Shown: positions 25,251 through 32,000 of the stretch, piece after piece
How the letters are laid out: each line of letters opens with the position of its first letter
Position numbering within the stretch: position 1 is the stretch's first letter
Assembly: GCA_025349965.1 (NCBI GenBank)
Contig: CP075337.1
Coordinates: 390,001-422,000 of the forward strand
From: Candidatus Saccharimonadota bacterium
GTDB taxonomy: Bacteria; Patescibacteriota; Saccharimonadia; Saccharimonadales; Saccharimonadaceae
Direction: 5' to 3'
Length of the DNA stretch: 32,000 bases
The notes under the pieces: generated by a model
What the model was told of the DNA's origin: nothing
Database searches by the model: none
The model's input: only the letters and a program-made list of their open reading frames with translations
Position numbers and translations under genes: made by a program

Positions 25251-26885
25251 ATGAAACAGGTGGGTGTTGACTATACAAAGGAGTCTGCTCGATCAATCCG
25301 CAGATTGGCGTTTTTCATTTCGCCTCTCGCGGTGGGGTATACCATCCTCGCCTCTTATGGCATCGTGCCAAGTAGTGACTTCCTGACACCTCTGTTTGCC
25401 CTTATTTTCACACTATTTTGGCTGCTTGTGGCAACGTATTACTATATCTTCCCCTCTGAAACGAAAGGCCAGAAGTATGCGCGTATTGTTATGTACCACC
25501 TCGTTGGCATCGCAACGCTCATTGTTGTAACTGGCTTCGCAAACCCACTCGCCGCACTCTACGTCCTTCTCTTGATCGTTTCTCATACGTTCTTTGGACG
25601 TCGCGGCCTCATCCTTAGTGCGGTTGGGCTTATGGCAACTGGTCTTGTTGATACATATATTCACCAGTCGCTTGGACAAGATGTCTTCGTTGCTAATCTT
25701 ATTACAACCGGTGCCGTTCTTTTGCTGGGTGTTGCACTCATTGGTTTTATGAGTACGCAGGAAACTCGACGAAAGACACTGTTGCACAGTAAAAAACAGG
25801 CACTGTTGCAACAAGAGCGCTTAACGACTATCATTAACAACCTTTCGGACGCAACGTTTAGTATTAATGACGCTGGTACGATATCACTTTACAATGCTGC
25901 CTGCCTAGGGCTTCTCGACTTAAATACAAATCTTAAAGGAAAAAAGCTTAATGATGTATTGAATCTTGTTGATACTGACGGTAATAAGGTGAAAGCAGCT
26001 GGCTTACTGAAACACGCCGACCGCACGTCAACAAGAGATGATCTCTCTCATCAATATGCTGACGGTGAGCTTGTCCGGCTTGAGATTACCTATGCCCCCA
26101 TCCGCAGCAGTTATAGTGCAAGTAAGCGAAAAGAAGAGCAGGGTGGTTATATCATTATCATGCGCGACATCACCAAGCAGAAGAGCCTTGAGGAGGAGCG
26201 TGACGAATTTATTAGTGTCGTGAGTCATGAACTGCGCACACCGATTACTATCGCAGAGGGAACCATCTCTAACCTGGCCGTACTTATGGATCGTGGGCTT
26301 GAATCTGTTGATCAAAAAATGCTCGCATCTACAGTAGAAACAGCCCATGAGCAAATTCTCTATCTTGCGAAAATGGTAAATGACCTCAGTACACTATCTC
26401 GAGCCGAGCGTGGTGTTGCGGCTGAAGCGGAGACGATTGACGTTGCTGAACTGCTGCATATGCTTTTCCAGAAGTATGAAGGCGAAGCGAAGGCTCAAAA
26501 CCTCCAACTTAATCTCGATATTGGCGCAAAGCTAGGAAAGGTGCACGTAAGCAAGTTGTACTTAGAGGAGCTTTTGCAGAACTTTATTACAAACGCTATT
26601 AAATACACTCATGAAGGTAACGTAACGATCATCGCACAAAGAGTTAAAAATATCGTTACGTTTACAGTGAAAGATACCGGTATTGGCATGACGCGCACTG
26701 ATCAAGTGAAAATATTCCAGAAGTTCTATCGAAGCGAGGACTATCGCATCCGTGAAACAAGTGGCACTGGCCTTGGTCTTTATGTATCTGCCAAACTCGC
26801 TCAAAAGCTTGGTACGAAGATTGAACTTAAAAGCCGCGTTAACTTCGGCTCATCCTTCAGCTTTGAGCTTCCTGTTGAAGAATAG
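25251..26885 (+). CDS. Membrane sensor histidine kinase (multi-TM N-terminus, PAS-like region, HisKA, HATPase_c)
   Basis: 544-aa ORF with an H-box SHELRTP, an N-box region NAIKYT, and G-boxes DTGIGM and GTGLGL. No response regulator is adjacent. Confidence 0.85.
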   Translation: MKQVGVDYTKESARSIRRLAFFISPLAVGYTILASYGIVPSSDFLTPLFALIFTLFWLLVATYYYIFPSETKGQKYARIVMYHLVGIATLIVVTGFANPLAALYVLLLIVSHTFFGRRGLILSAVGLMATGLVDTYIHQSLGQDVFVANLITTGAVLLLGVALIGFMSTQETRRKTLLHSKKQALLQQERLTTIINNLSDATFSINDAGTISLYNAACLGLLDLNTNLKGKKLNDVLNLVDTDGNKVKAAGLLKHADRTSTRDDLSHQYADGELVRLEITYAPIRSSYSASKRKEEQGGYIIIMRDITKQKSLEEERDEFISVVSHELRTPITIAEGTISNLAVLMDRGLESVDQKMLASTVETAHEQILYLAKMVNDLSTLSRAERGVAAEAETIDVAELLHMLFQKYEGEAKAQNLQLNLDIGAKLGKVHVSKLYLEELLQNFITNAIKYTHEGNVTIIAQRVKNIVTFTVKDTGIGMTRTDQVKIFQKFYRSEDYRIRETSGTGLGLYVSAKLAQKLGTKIELKSRVNFGSSFSFELPVEE

Positions 26886-28031
26886 TTATTTCAAAGTCGG
26901 CTGTACGGATCGAATCGGCCGCCCCTTCCATAGAACGCGACCTTGCTTATAGAGAACGATGCTAATGATAAGAAGGATGGCCTCTTGGGCAATAATAAGT
27001 GGCCAAAGAAGAACGGCGATTTGCCATCCTGTATTCCAAAGCGTACGAGCGTAGTAGGTATAGAGAAGTCCGAATCCAGCAATAAGTCCGAGCGCGAGAC
27101 TATGAATAAGCGAAAACGGTAGCCATAAGGCAGTTACAAGTATGGCATAGGGTGCGAGTAGAGAGAGGAGGCCTAGTGATGCCAGTAGAGATACGCCCGT
27201 CATACCACCAAGCATCGGGTGCAGGAGTCTAATACTTGTTTCACACTGAGAGCTCCACTTTTTTTCATAACTCACCCCGAAAGCACGTGTTCCGACTATA
27301 AATCCGTATTCTTCTTTAAGCTGCGACGCAATGTATGCCTCTGGAAGTACGGCACTTTTAATATTTGCCTCGTCATTTTTATAAAACGCCTGAACTACCG
27401 AGCGCTTTACCATCCAAGCGTTGCTGGCTGCTGCCGGAGCTAAAGGCCGGTTTCGGAGCAATTCCCAAAAATACTTAAGAGGAGACCAGAGAACACTTGC
27501 GCGCCATCCATCTACGCGTCGAGGGATAACAGAAAGCATTGTCACACCCCTGGATAGGGTTGATCGCATTATATTTTCAATGGCCATTGGACTAAGCCGC
27601 GTGTCTACATCCATAAAGAGAACATATGAACCGCTCGCTTGTGCGGCGAGCTCCTTAAGCGCATGATTCTTTCCCAGCCATCCTTCTGGCGGGCGAGAGC
27701 CGCGTACGAAGCGGACTCCAGCGTGGGCGAACGATTTAATCAAAAGAGAAGTGTTGTCATTGGAAGAGTCATCCAACACAATAATCTCAATCTTTTCATA
27801 GGTAGAATTAATGACGCGCTGAAGGCACTCGGCGAGTGCGTGCTCCTCATTGCGAGCAGGAATGCAAACCGTTACGCTCGGCATATCCGATTCAAAAGCA
27901 AGCTTCGTAGGTGAAACCTTCGGTATGTTGTGGCGTATACTTTTGGAGATGCGTAGTGCAAGCACCGTAAAGACAATGGAATTAAATCCAAGCAAAATAC
28001 TCATAATTGTCATTATCGTGGCCGCACCCAT
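26886..28031 (-). CDS. Family 2 glycosyltransferase with N- and C-terminal TM helices
   Basis: 381-aa ORF with CIPARNEE and VLDDSSND (DxD-type region), plus hydrophobic helices: one N-terminal TM and about four C-terminal TMs. Confidence 0.75.
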   Translation of the reverse strand: MGAATIMTIMSILLGFNSIVFTVLALRISKSIRHNIPKVSPTKLAFESDMPSVTVCIPARNEEHALAECLQRVINSTYEKIEIIVLDDSSNDNTSLLIKSFAHAGVRFVRGSRPPEGWLGKNHALKELAAQASGSYVLFMDVDTRLSPMAIENIMRSTLSRGVTMLSVIPRRVDGWRASVLWSPLKYFWELLRNRPLAPAAASNAWMVKRSVVQAFYKNDEANIKSAVLPEAYIASQLKEEYGFIVGTRAFGVSYEKKWSSQCETSIRLLHPMLGGMTGVSLLASLGLLSLLAPYAILVTALWLPFSLIHSLALGLIAGFGLLYTYYARTLWNTGWQIAVLLWPLIIAQEAILLIISIVLYKQGRVLWKGRPIRSVQPTLK

Positions 28032-28063
28032 ACCTTTTTAATATAGCAGAAAAGATGAATATA

Positions 28064-28092
28064 TTGACACTGCACCCCTAAAAATGTACACT
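28064..28092 (+). promoter_or_regulatory. Sigma70 promoter of secE-nusG
   Basis: TTGACA (28064-28069), a 17-nt spacer, then TACACT (28087-28092). Confidence 0.6.
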
Positions 28093-28101
28093 AAACTTGA
28101 C

Positions 28102-28128
28102 AGTCTGTAACAGCAGACTATTTTTATT
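28102..28128 (+). promoter_or_regulatory. Hairpin plus U-tract in the secE 5' leader (possible attenuator)
   Basis: AGTCTG-taacag-CAGACT followed by ATTTTTATT, immediately before the GGGAGG SD of secE. Confidence 0.3.
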
Positions 28129-28139
28129 GGGAGGAAAAC

Positions 28140-28466
28140 GTGGCAGAGAAATCAAAAGTCACACGCATTAAGGCGACAGACGACACTCCAAAGGAAGCAA
28201 AAGTATCACGCAAAGAGAAGCGTGCCGCTAAAAAAATGCAGATAGAGAAGCCGTACAGTAAACACTGGTATGTTCGTTTCTTCCAACGCATTGGACGCTA
28301 CTTCAAGGGTTCATGGGTAGAACTCAAGCAGGTTCGTTGGCCAACCCGTAAGGCAACCTGGAGTCTTACCGTTGCAGTGGTTATCTTCAGCGGATTCTTT
28401 GTAGGGCTTATTATGCTCTTAGACCTTGGCTTTAACGCGCTATTTGAACTTATCATCAGTAAATAA
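28140..28466 (+). CDS. secE: Preprotein translocase subunit SecE (GTG start, long basic N-terminal extension)
   Basis: The C-terminal core ELKQVRWPTRKATWSLTVAVVIFSGFFVGLIMLLDLGF is the SecE signature plus TM. The SD is GGGAGG. It sits directly upstream of nusG. Confidence 0.85.
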   Translation: MAEKSKVTRIKATDDTPKEAKVSRKEKRAAKKMQIEKPYSKHWYVRFFQRIGRYFKGSWVELKQVRWPTRKATWSLTVAVVIFSGFFVGLIMLLDLGFNALFELIISK

Positions 28467-28484
28467 TTATAAAAGGAGACATTG

Positions 28485-29033
28485 ATGGCAAAAAACCGAT
28501 ACGATTCATCTCGTCAATGGTATGCAATCCATACCTACAGTGGCTACGAAGAAAAAGTAGCAGATAGCATTCGTCAGCGCATTAACGCTGTAGACATGGC
28601 GGACAAGATCTTTGACGTAATGGTACCAAAAGAAAAGCAAATTGAAATTAAGAATGGCAAACGCAAGGTTGTTGAGAAGAAAATCTTCCAGGGCTACGCT
28701 CTTGTTGAAATGAAACTTACCGACGAGACGTGGTTTATCGTGCGCAACACTCCTGGAGTCACCGGGTTTGTAGGTACAAGCACACAGCCAACACCAGTTT
28801 CCGAACAAGAAATTACTAAGATCAAGAAGCGCATGGGCGTTGAAGATCCTAAGCACCAGATTAACTTCTCTGAAGGTGAAGTGGTCAGTATCACTGACGG
28901 ACCATTCAAGGGATTCGAGGGTGCTATCTCTGAAATCGACACCCAAAAGGGTAAGGTCAAGGTGATGGTGAGCATGTTTGGTCGCGACACTGCGGTTGAG
29001 CTTGATGCTTTGCAGGTGAAAAAGGTTTCTTAA
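28485..29033 (+). CDS. nusG: Transcription termination/antitermination factor NusG
   Basis: WYAIHTYSGYEEKV (NGN domain) and a C-terminal KOW (GEVVSITDGPFKGFEGAISEID). I preferred ATG 28485 (AAAGGAG 6 nt upstream) over the track's TTG at 28482. Confidence 0.9.
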   Translation: MAKNRYDSSRQWYAIHTYSGYEEKVADSIRQRINAVDMADKIFDVMVPKEKQIEIKNGKRKVVEKKIFQGYALVEMKLTDETWFIVRNTPGVTGFVGTSTQPTPVSEQEITKIKKRMGVEDPKHQINFSEGEVVSITDGPFKGFEGAISEIDTQKGKVKVMVSMFGRDTAVELDALQVKKVS

Positions 29034-29094
29034 TTGATTCTAATCTAACGAAGAGGTGTCCTGTGTGGCGCCTCTTTCAATTTAAGCGGTTTTC

Positions 29095-29103
29095 TGCTAT
29101 AAT
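29095..29103 (+). promoter_or_regulatory. Extended -10 promoter TGcTATAAT upstream of rplK
   Basis: It lies after a weak hairpin (AGAGGTG...CGCCTCT) that follows nusG. Confidence 0.4.
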
Positions 29104-29162
29104 AAGACGGTTACGCACTAAATATCGCTTCAATAAGATATTAGTACAAGAAGGAAAAGAAA

Positions 29163-29588
29163 ATGGCAAAGAAAGTTATCGGTAATCTAAAACTCCGTAT
29201 CCCAGCTGGCCGTGCAACTGCTGGACCTCCAGTTGGTTCAACACTTGGTCAATGGGGCCTTAACATGATGGATTTCATCAATCCATTTAACGACGCTACA
29301 AAGGATATGATGGGCAAGGACGTTATCGTTCACCTCCAAGTATTCGATGATCGTACATTTGAGTGGAAGTCACTTGGCCAGCCAGTTGACGACCTCATCC
29401 GCGAAAAGATCGGTATCCAAAAGGGGAGCGCAAAGCCACACACTGATAAAGTTGGTAAGATTACTCGTGCTCAGCTTGAAGAGATCGCTGAAATCAAGAA
29501 AGATCAGCTTAATGCAATCGACATCGATGGCGCAGTAAAGGTTATCGCAGGTTCAGCACGCTCAATGGGCGTTGAAGTTGTAGAATAG
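29163..29588 (+). CDS. rplK: 50S ribosomal protein L11
   Basis: 141 aa. KLRIPAGRATAGPPVGSTLGQWGLNMMDFINPFN matches the L11 N-terminal signature. Confidence 0.95.
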   Translation: MAKKVIGNLKLRIPAGRATAGPPVGSTLGQWGLNMMDFINPFNDATKDMMGKDVIVHLQVFDDRTFEWKSLGQPVDDLIREKIGIQKGSAKPHTDKVGKITRAQLEEIAEIKKDQLNAIDIDGAVKVIAGSARSMGVEVVE

Positions 29589-29608
29589 GCCTAGGTATTT
29601 AATAGATA

Positions 29609-29637
29609 GCTCGCCCCAGTGGCGGGCTTTTTATTTT
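29609..29637 (+). terminator. Intrinsic terminator between rplK and rplA
   Basis: GCTCGCC-ccagt-GGCGGGC followed by TTTTTATTTT. Confidence 0.65.
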
Positions 29638-29647
29638 AGGTAGAATA

Positions 29648-29656
29648 TGCTATAAT
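29648..29656 (+). promoter_or_regulatory. Extended -10 promoter TGcTATAAT dedicated to rplA
   Basis: It lies 11 nt after the terminator U-tract and about 80 nt upstream of the rplA ATG. Confidence 0.45.
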
Positions 29657-29662
29657 AAAAGG

Positions 29663-29736
29663 GTAATAAATCAATGTTGGGAGGCAGTACCTACAGGGGC
29701 GCGCCGTTATTACCACAGAAAGGATTAGTCTTAATT
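29663..29736 (+). promoter_or_regulatory. rplA 5' leader, candidate L1 autoregulatory site
   Basis: The roughly 75-nt leader contains GGGAG (29677-29681) and a GC-rich palindrome GGCGCGCC. L1-binding mRNA mimics of the 23S L1 stalk are known in front of rplK or rplA. I could not fold a convincing mimic by hand. Confidence 0.25.
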
Positions 29737-30723
29737 ATGGCTAAGAAAGCAGATCTTCTCGCTGAAGCGCAAAAGCTCGGTCTTGAAGTAACTGAAAAGA
29801 ACACCATTGCAGAAATTGAAGCTGCAATTGCAGGTGCAGCACCTGCGGAAACTCCAGTAGAAGAGGTGAAAGAAGAAGCGCACGTTGCCAAGGCCGGTAA
29901 GCGTTCAGCTAAGTCACTCGCTGAAGCAGAAGAAAAGGCAGAGAAGGAAGCTCGCAAAGAAGCTGGCGACACTTCAAACCAAACTGGTGAAGAAACTGTA
30001 AAGAAGGGTCCAAAGCCTGTGACCCGCTCAACACTTGAGCGCCGTGGTAAGAACTACCAAAAGGTTGCTGAAAAAGTTGAAAAGTCAAAGCTCTATACAC
30101 TTGAAGAAGCGGTGAAGCTCGCAGCCGAGACAAACCCAAGCAAGTTCGACGCAAGCGTTGAAGTGCACGTGCGTCTTGGTGTTGACCCACGTCAAGCAGA
30201 CCAGAACATTCGTGCAACTGTAAGCCTTCCTCACGGAACCGGTAAGAACGTTCGCGTTGCTGTATTTGCCCCAGAAGCAGAACACAAGGCTGCTAAGGAT
30301 GCTGGTGCTGATATCGTTGGTGACGAAACTTTCCTTGCTCAGCTTGATAAGGAGGTCCTCGACTTCGACGTTCTCGTGGCCACTCCACAGTACATGCCAA
30401 AGCTTGGCAAGTACGCACGTCTCCTTGGTCCACGTGGTCTCATGCCTAACCCTAAGAGTGGTACTGTTGCAGCTGACGTTGCAAAGGCTACTACCGAAGC
30501 TAAGGCCGGTAAGGTTGAATACCGTGTTGACAAGCAGGCTATCGTGCACCTCGGTGTTGGCAAGGTAAGCTTTGGCGCTGACAAGCTTCTTGAGAACGCA
30601 CAGAGCTTCTTTGATAGCCTTCAATCACAGAAACCATCAAGCATTAAGGGTGCCTATGTAAAGAGCATCACCCTTTCTACAACAATGGGCCCTGGTATTA
30701 AGGTTGAAAACTTCGTAGCGTAA
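29737..30723 (+). CDS. rplA: 50S ribosomal protein L1 with a ~100-aa N-terminal extension
   Basis: The canonical L1 starts near RRGKNYQKVAEKV...LYTLEEAVKL and includes VHVRLGVDPRQADQNIR. The preferred start is ATG 29737 (MAKKADLL). The track's 29674 start would add a non-protein-like leader. Confidence 0.9.
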   Translation: MAKKADLLAEAQKLGLEVTEKNTIAEIEAAIAGAAPAETPVEEVKEEAHVAKAGKRSAKSLAEAEEKAEKEARKEAGDTSNQTGEETVKKGPKPVTRSTLERRGKNYQKVAEKVEKSKLYTLEEAVKLAAETNPSKFDASVEVHVRLGVDPRQADQNIRATVSLPHGTGKNVRVAVFAPEAEHKAAKDAGADIVGDETFLAQLDKEVLDFDVLVATPQYMPKLGKYARLLGPRGLMPNPKSGTVAADVAKATTEAKAGKVEYRVDKQAIVHLGVGKVSFGADKLLENAQSFFDSLQSQKPSSIKGAYVKSITLSTTMGPGIKVENFVA

Positions 30724-30740
30724 TTGCTATAGAACCATAT

Positions 30741-30772
30741 AAAAACACCCTCGTAATTGAGGGTGTTTTTAT
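30741..30772. terminator. Bidirectional intrinsic terminator
   Basis: AAAAACACCCTC-gtaatt-GAGGGTGTTTTT, between convergent rplA and the coiled-coil gene. Confidence 0.85.
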
Positions 30773-30789
30773 TAGTGCAATTTGTACGT

Positions 30790-31611
30790 TTAATCTATAT
30801 AGAGAGAGGTGCCATTTTCGGTAAGAACGGCTTTTTTCGCCGCAGTAACTGCAAGAGCATCAATATCAACAGAAACAGTCGGCTCCGTATTGATTTGAGA
30901 AATTTCATGCTTCCTAAGGTGCTGTTCCGCTCCTGCGACGATGGTATTGCGATCGTTTGTGTCCACATTTTCCGCATCTTGCTTCCATTGTGCCTTTAGA
31001 TCTACCGCCGAACGCTGTGCATCGCTTGCCACCTGGGTGGCAACACTTTCAACAGAGGTAATAAAACCGCCAGAAAATACAGGGGCGCCATCTCGTAGAA
31101 CCATAGCACTTGATATAAGCTTTGTAAGACGGTCTGCAGTCTGCCTATTCGCACTACTTACCGCTTCAAAATTTTCAGCAAGTTGGGTAAGTTCATCTCT
31201 TTCCCTGACAAGACTCTCGCGAGTAACTCCATCAGGGGTTGCGAGGATCTTCTGTGCAACTTTTTCAGCTTTCTCTTCTAGAAAGAGCGCGCGGGTGAGT
31301 AATGCATTTTGCTGCTCCTCTTGGCTGTACATATCTCGCATTTCGCGTATTTTAAATAGCGTACGCTCTGCGGCAAGTTGAATATCGGGTTCGTCTTTTT
31401 CTTTAAGAAAATCTCCCATCAAAGAGTCCTGAATCGTACTCTCAATAAGCATTCGCGAACCCTGTAAGTTATCTGCGAGTTGGTTTGCAACGACCTCTTG
31501 TTCGCGGGTAAAGCGCTTTTTAGGTTCCACAGTGAAGGTTTCGGCAAAGAGTGTTTTATGCAGACCGTTTTCCGTATCGGAAGAAGATTGTTCGCGTATC
31601 AAGGTTTCCAT
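30790..31611 (-). CDS. Hypothetical acidic, largely alpha-helical / coiled-coil protein
   Basis: 273-aa ORF, E/Q/A/L-rich with heptad-like stretches, no TM and no recognisable catalytic motif. AAGGAA SD. Confidence 0.55.
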   Translation of the reverse strand: METLIREQSSSDTENGLHKTLFAETFTVEPKKRFTREQEVVANQLADNLQGSRMLIESTIQDSLMGDFLKEKDEPDIQLAAERTLFKIREMRDMYSQEEQQNALLTRALFLEEKAEKVAQKILATPDGVTRESLVRERDELTQLAENFEAVSSANRQTADRLTKLISSAMVLRDGAPVFSGGFITSVESVATQVASDAQRSAVDLKAQWKQDAENVDTNDRNTIVAGAEQHLRKHEISQINTEPTVSVDIDALAVTAAKKAVLTENGTSLYID

Positions 31612-31741
31612 CGCAGTGTTTCCTTTTTTGTTTTAGCGCTTGATGCCACTAGTTTAACATGAGCAGTAACCCCACGGCAATACCATTTATGCTATTTTCT
31701 TTTTTATTTTCTTGACGAGGTGTCGAAAAGGTGGTCTTTTG

Positions 31742-31750
31742 TGGTACAAT
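31742..31750 (+). promoter_or_regulatory. Extended -10 promoter TGgTACAAT for thyA
   Basis: It is followed by a roughly 45-nt leader with a GGCGC...GCGCC hairpin (31762-31782) and a GGAGAG SD. Confidence 0.4.
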
Positions 31751-31799
31751 GAATGCTAGGTGGCGCGCTAACGGAGTGCGCCTTGTTCATTGGAGAGAA

Positions 31800-32000
31800 A
31801 TGTCAGAAAACACAGGGGCGACGGACGAGATTCCGACGCCGTACGAGGATCTTCTTGTGGAGATCATGGACACGGGAAATGAGCGTGGTGACCGAACCGG
31901 CACGGGCACGAAGAGCTTGTTTGGCAAGCAGGTTCGTTATGACCTGTCCGAGGGGTATCCACTCCTCACGACCAAGAAGGTCTACTTCAAGAAGATGGCA
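31800..32000 (+). CDS. thyA: Thymidylate synthase ThyA, N-terminal 67 codons (continues past the right edge)
   Basis: Hand translation gives [74 protein letters not shown]...FG.Q.RYDL...PLLTTKK is the ThyA N-terminal signature. Confidence 0.85.
   Translation, partial: MSENTGATDEIPTPYEDLLVEIMDTGNERGDRTGTGTKSLFGKQVRYDLSEGYPLLTTKKVYFKKMA

Noticed and set aside
29674-29736. The upstream ATG at 29674 as the rplA start (MLGGSTYRGAPLLPQKGLVLI...).
   Set aside because: It has no SD and starts only 18 nt after the -10 box. ATG 29737 gives a typical MAKK start with a purine-rich stretch upstream. I treat the region as 5' leader.
1-32000. I looked for CRISPR arrays, IS elements, integrases, toxin-antitoxin pairs, restriction-modification genes, rRNA and clusters of DnaA boxes.
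   Set aside because: I found no spaced direct repeats, no transposase or recombinase motifs, no methylase/endonuclease pairs and no rRNA-like sequence. There is only one near-DnaA-box (TTATCCAAA, at about 19668). My by-eye search cannot exclude short or degenerate elements.

Overview
This window is a compact, gene-dense stretch of bacterial chromosome. I count 32 protein genes (two cut by the window edges), 4 tRNAs that all encode CCA, several clear intrinsic terminators, and many sigma70-like promoters. I could not recognise any rRNA, CRISPR array, transposase, integrase or phage gene. The gene content and style suggest a reduced-genome Patescibacteria/CPR lineage such as Saccharibacteria. 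The cues are tiny intergenic gaps, an archaeal-style GT/GH57/GH15 glucan operon, NDH-2, a Cys-less L33, N-terminally extended SecE and L1, and many leaderless-looking genes. This taxonomic call is inference only. Left to right the window holds: a partial MFS transporter; tRNA-Tyr and tRNA-Thr(UGU); a RumA/TrmA-type U5 RNA methyltransferase; a small membrane protein; tRNA-Thr(GGU); a P/Q-rich anchored surface protein; and rpmG. Next comes a tightly coupled 4-gene operon (glycogen-synthase-like GT, GH57, GH15, unknown 221-aa protein), then NDH-2, an MscS-like channel and tRNA-Trp. After that are an Amidohydro_2 enzyme divergent from a HisRS paralogue without anticodon-binding domain plus a full-length HisRS, then a small orphan ORF. 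These are followed by PadR plus a PspC-domain membrane protein, a small Cys/His protein plus a DEAH/RHA helicase, a membrane protein, a CorA-like protein, a NOL1/NOP2/Sun m5C methyltransferase, a P-loop kinase, a DUF45 metallopeptidase, an orphan histidine kinase and a membrane GT2. The window ends with secE-nusG-rplK-rplA, a coiled-coil protein and the start of thyA. The items most worth a second look are: (1) the HisRS-paralogue/HisRS/amidohydrolase block right after tRNA-Trp; (2) the unknown gene translationally coupled to the glucan operon; (3) a roughly 100-aa HeH-like extension on L1, with rplA uncoupled from rplK; (4) widespread leaderless promoter geometry; (5) the small Cys/His protein plus helicase pair. 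Nothing here matches a described defence or mobile system. All functional calls come from motif recognition by eye, and no database search was run.
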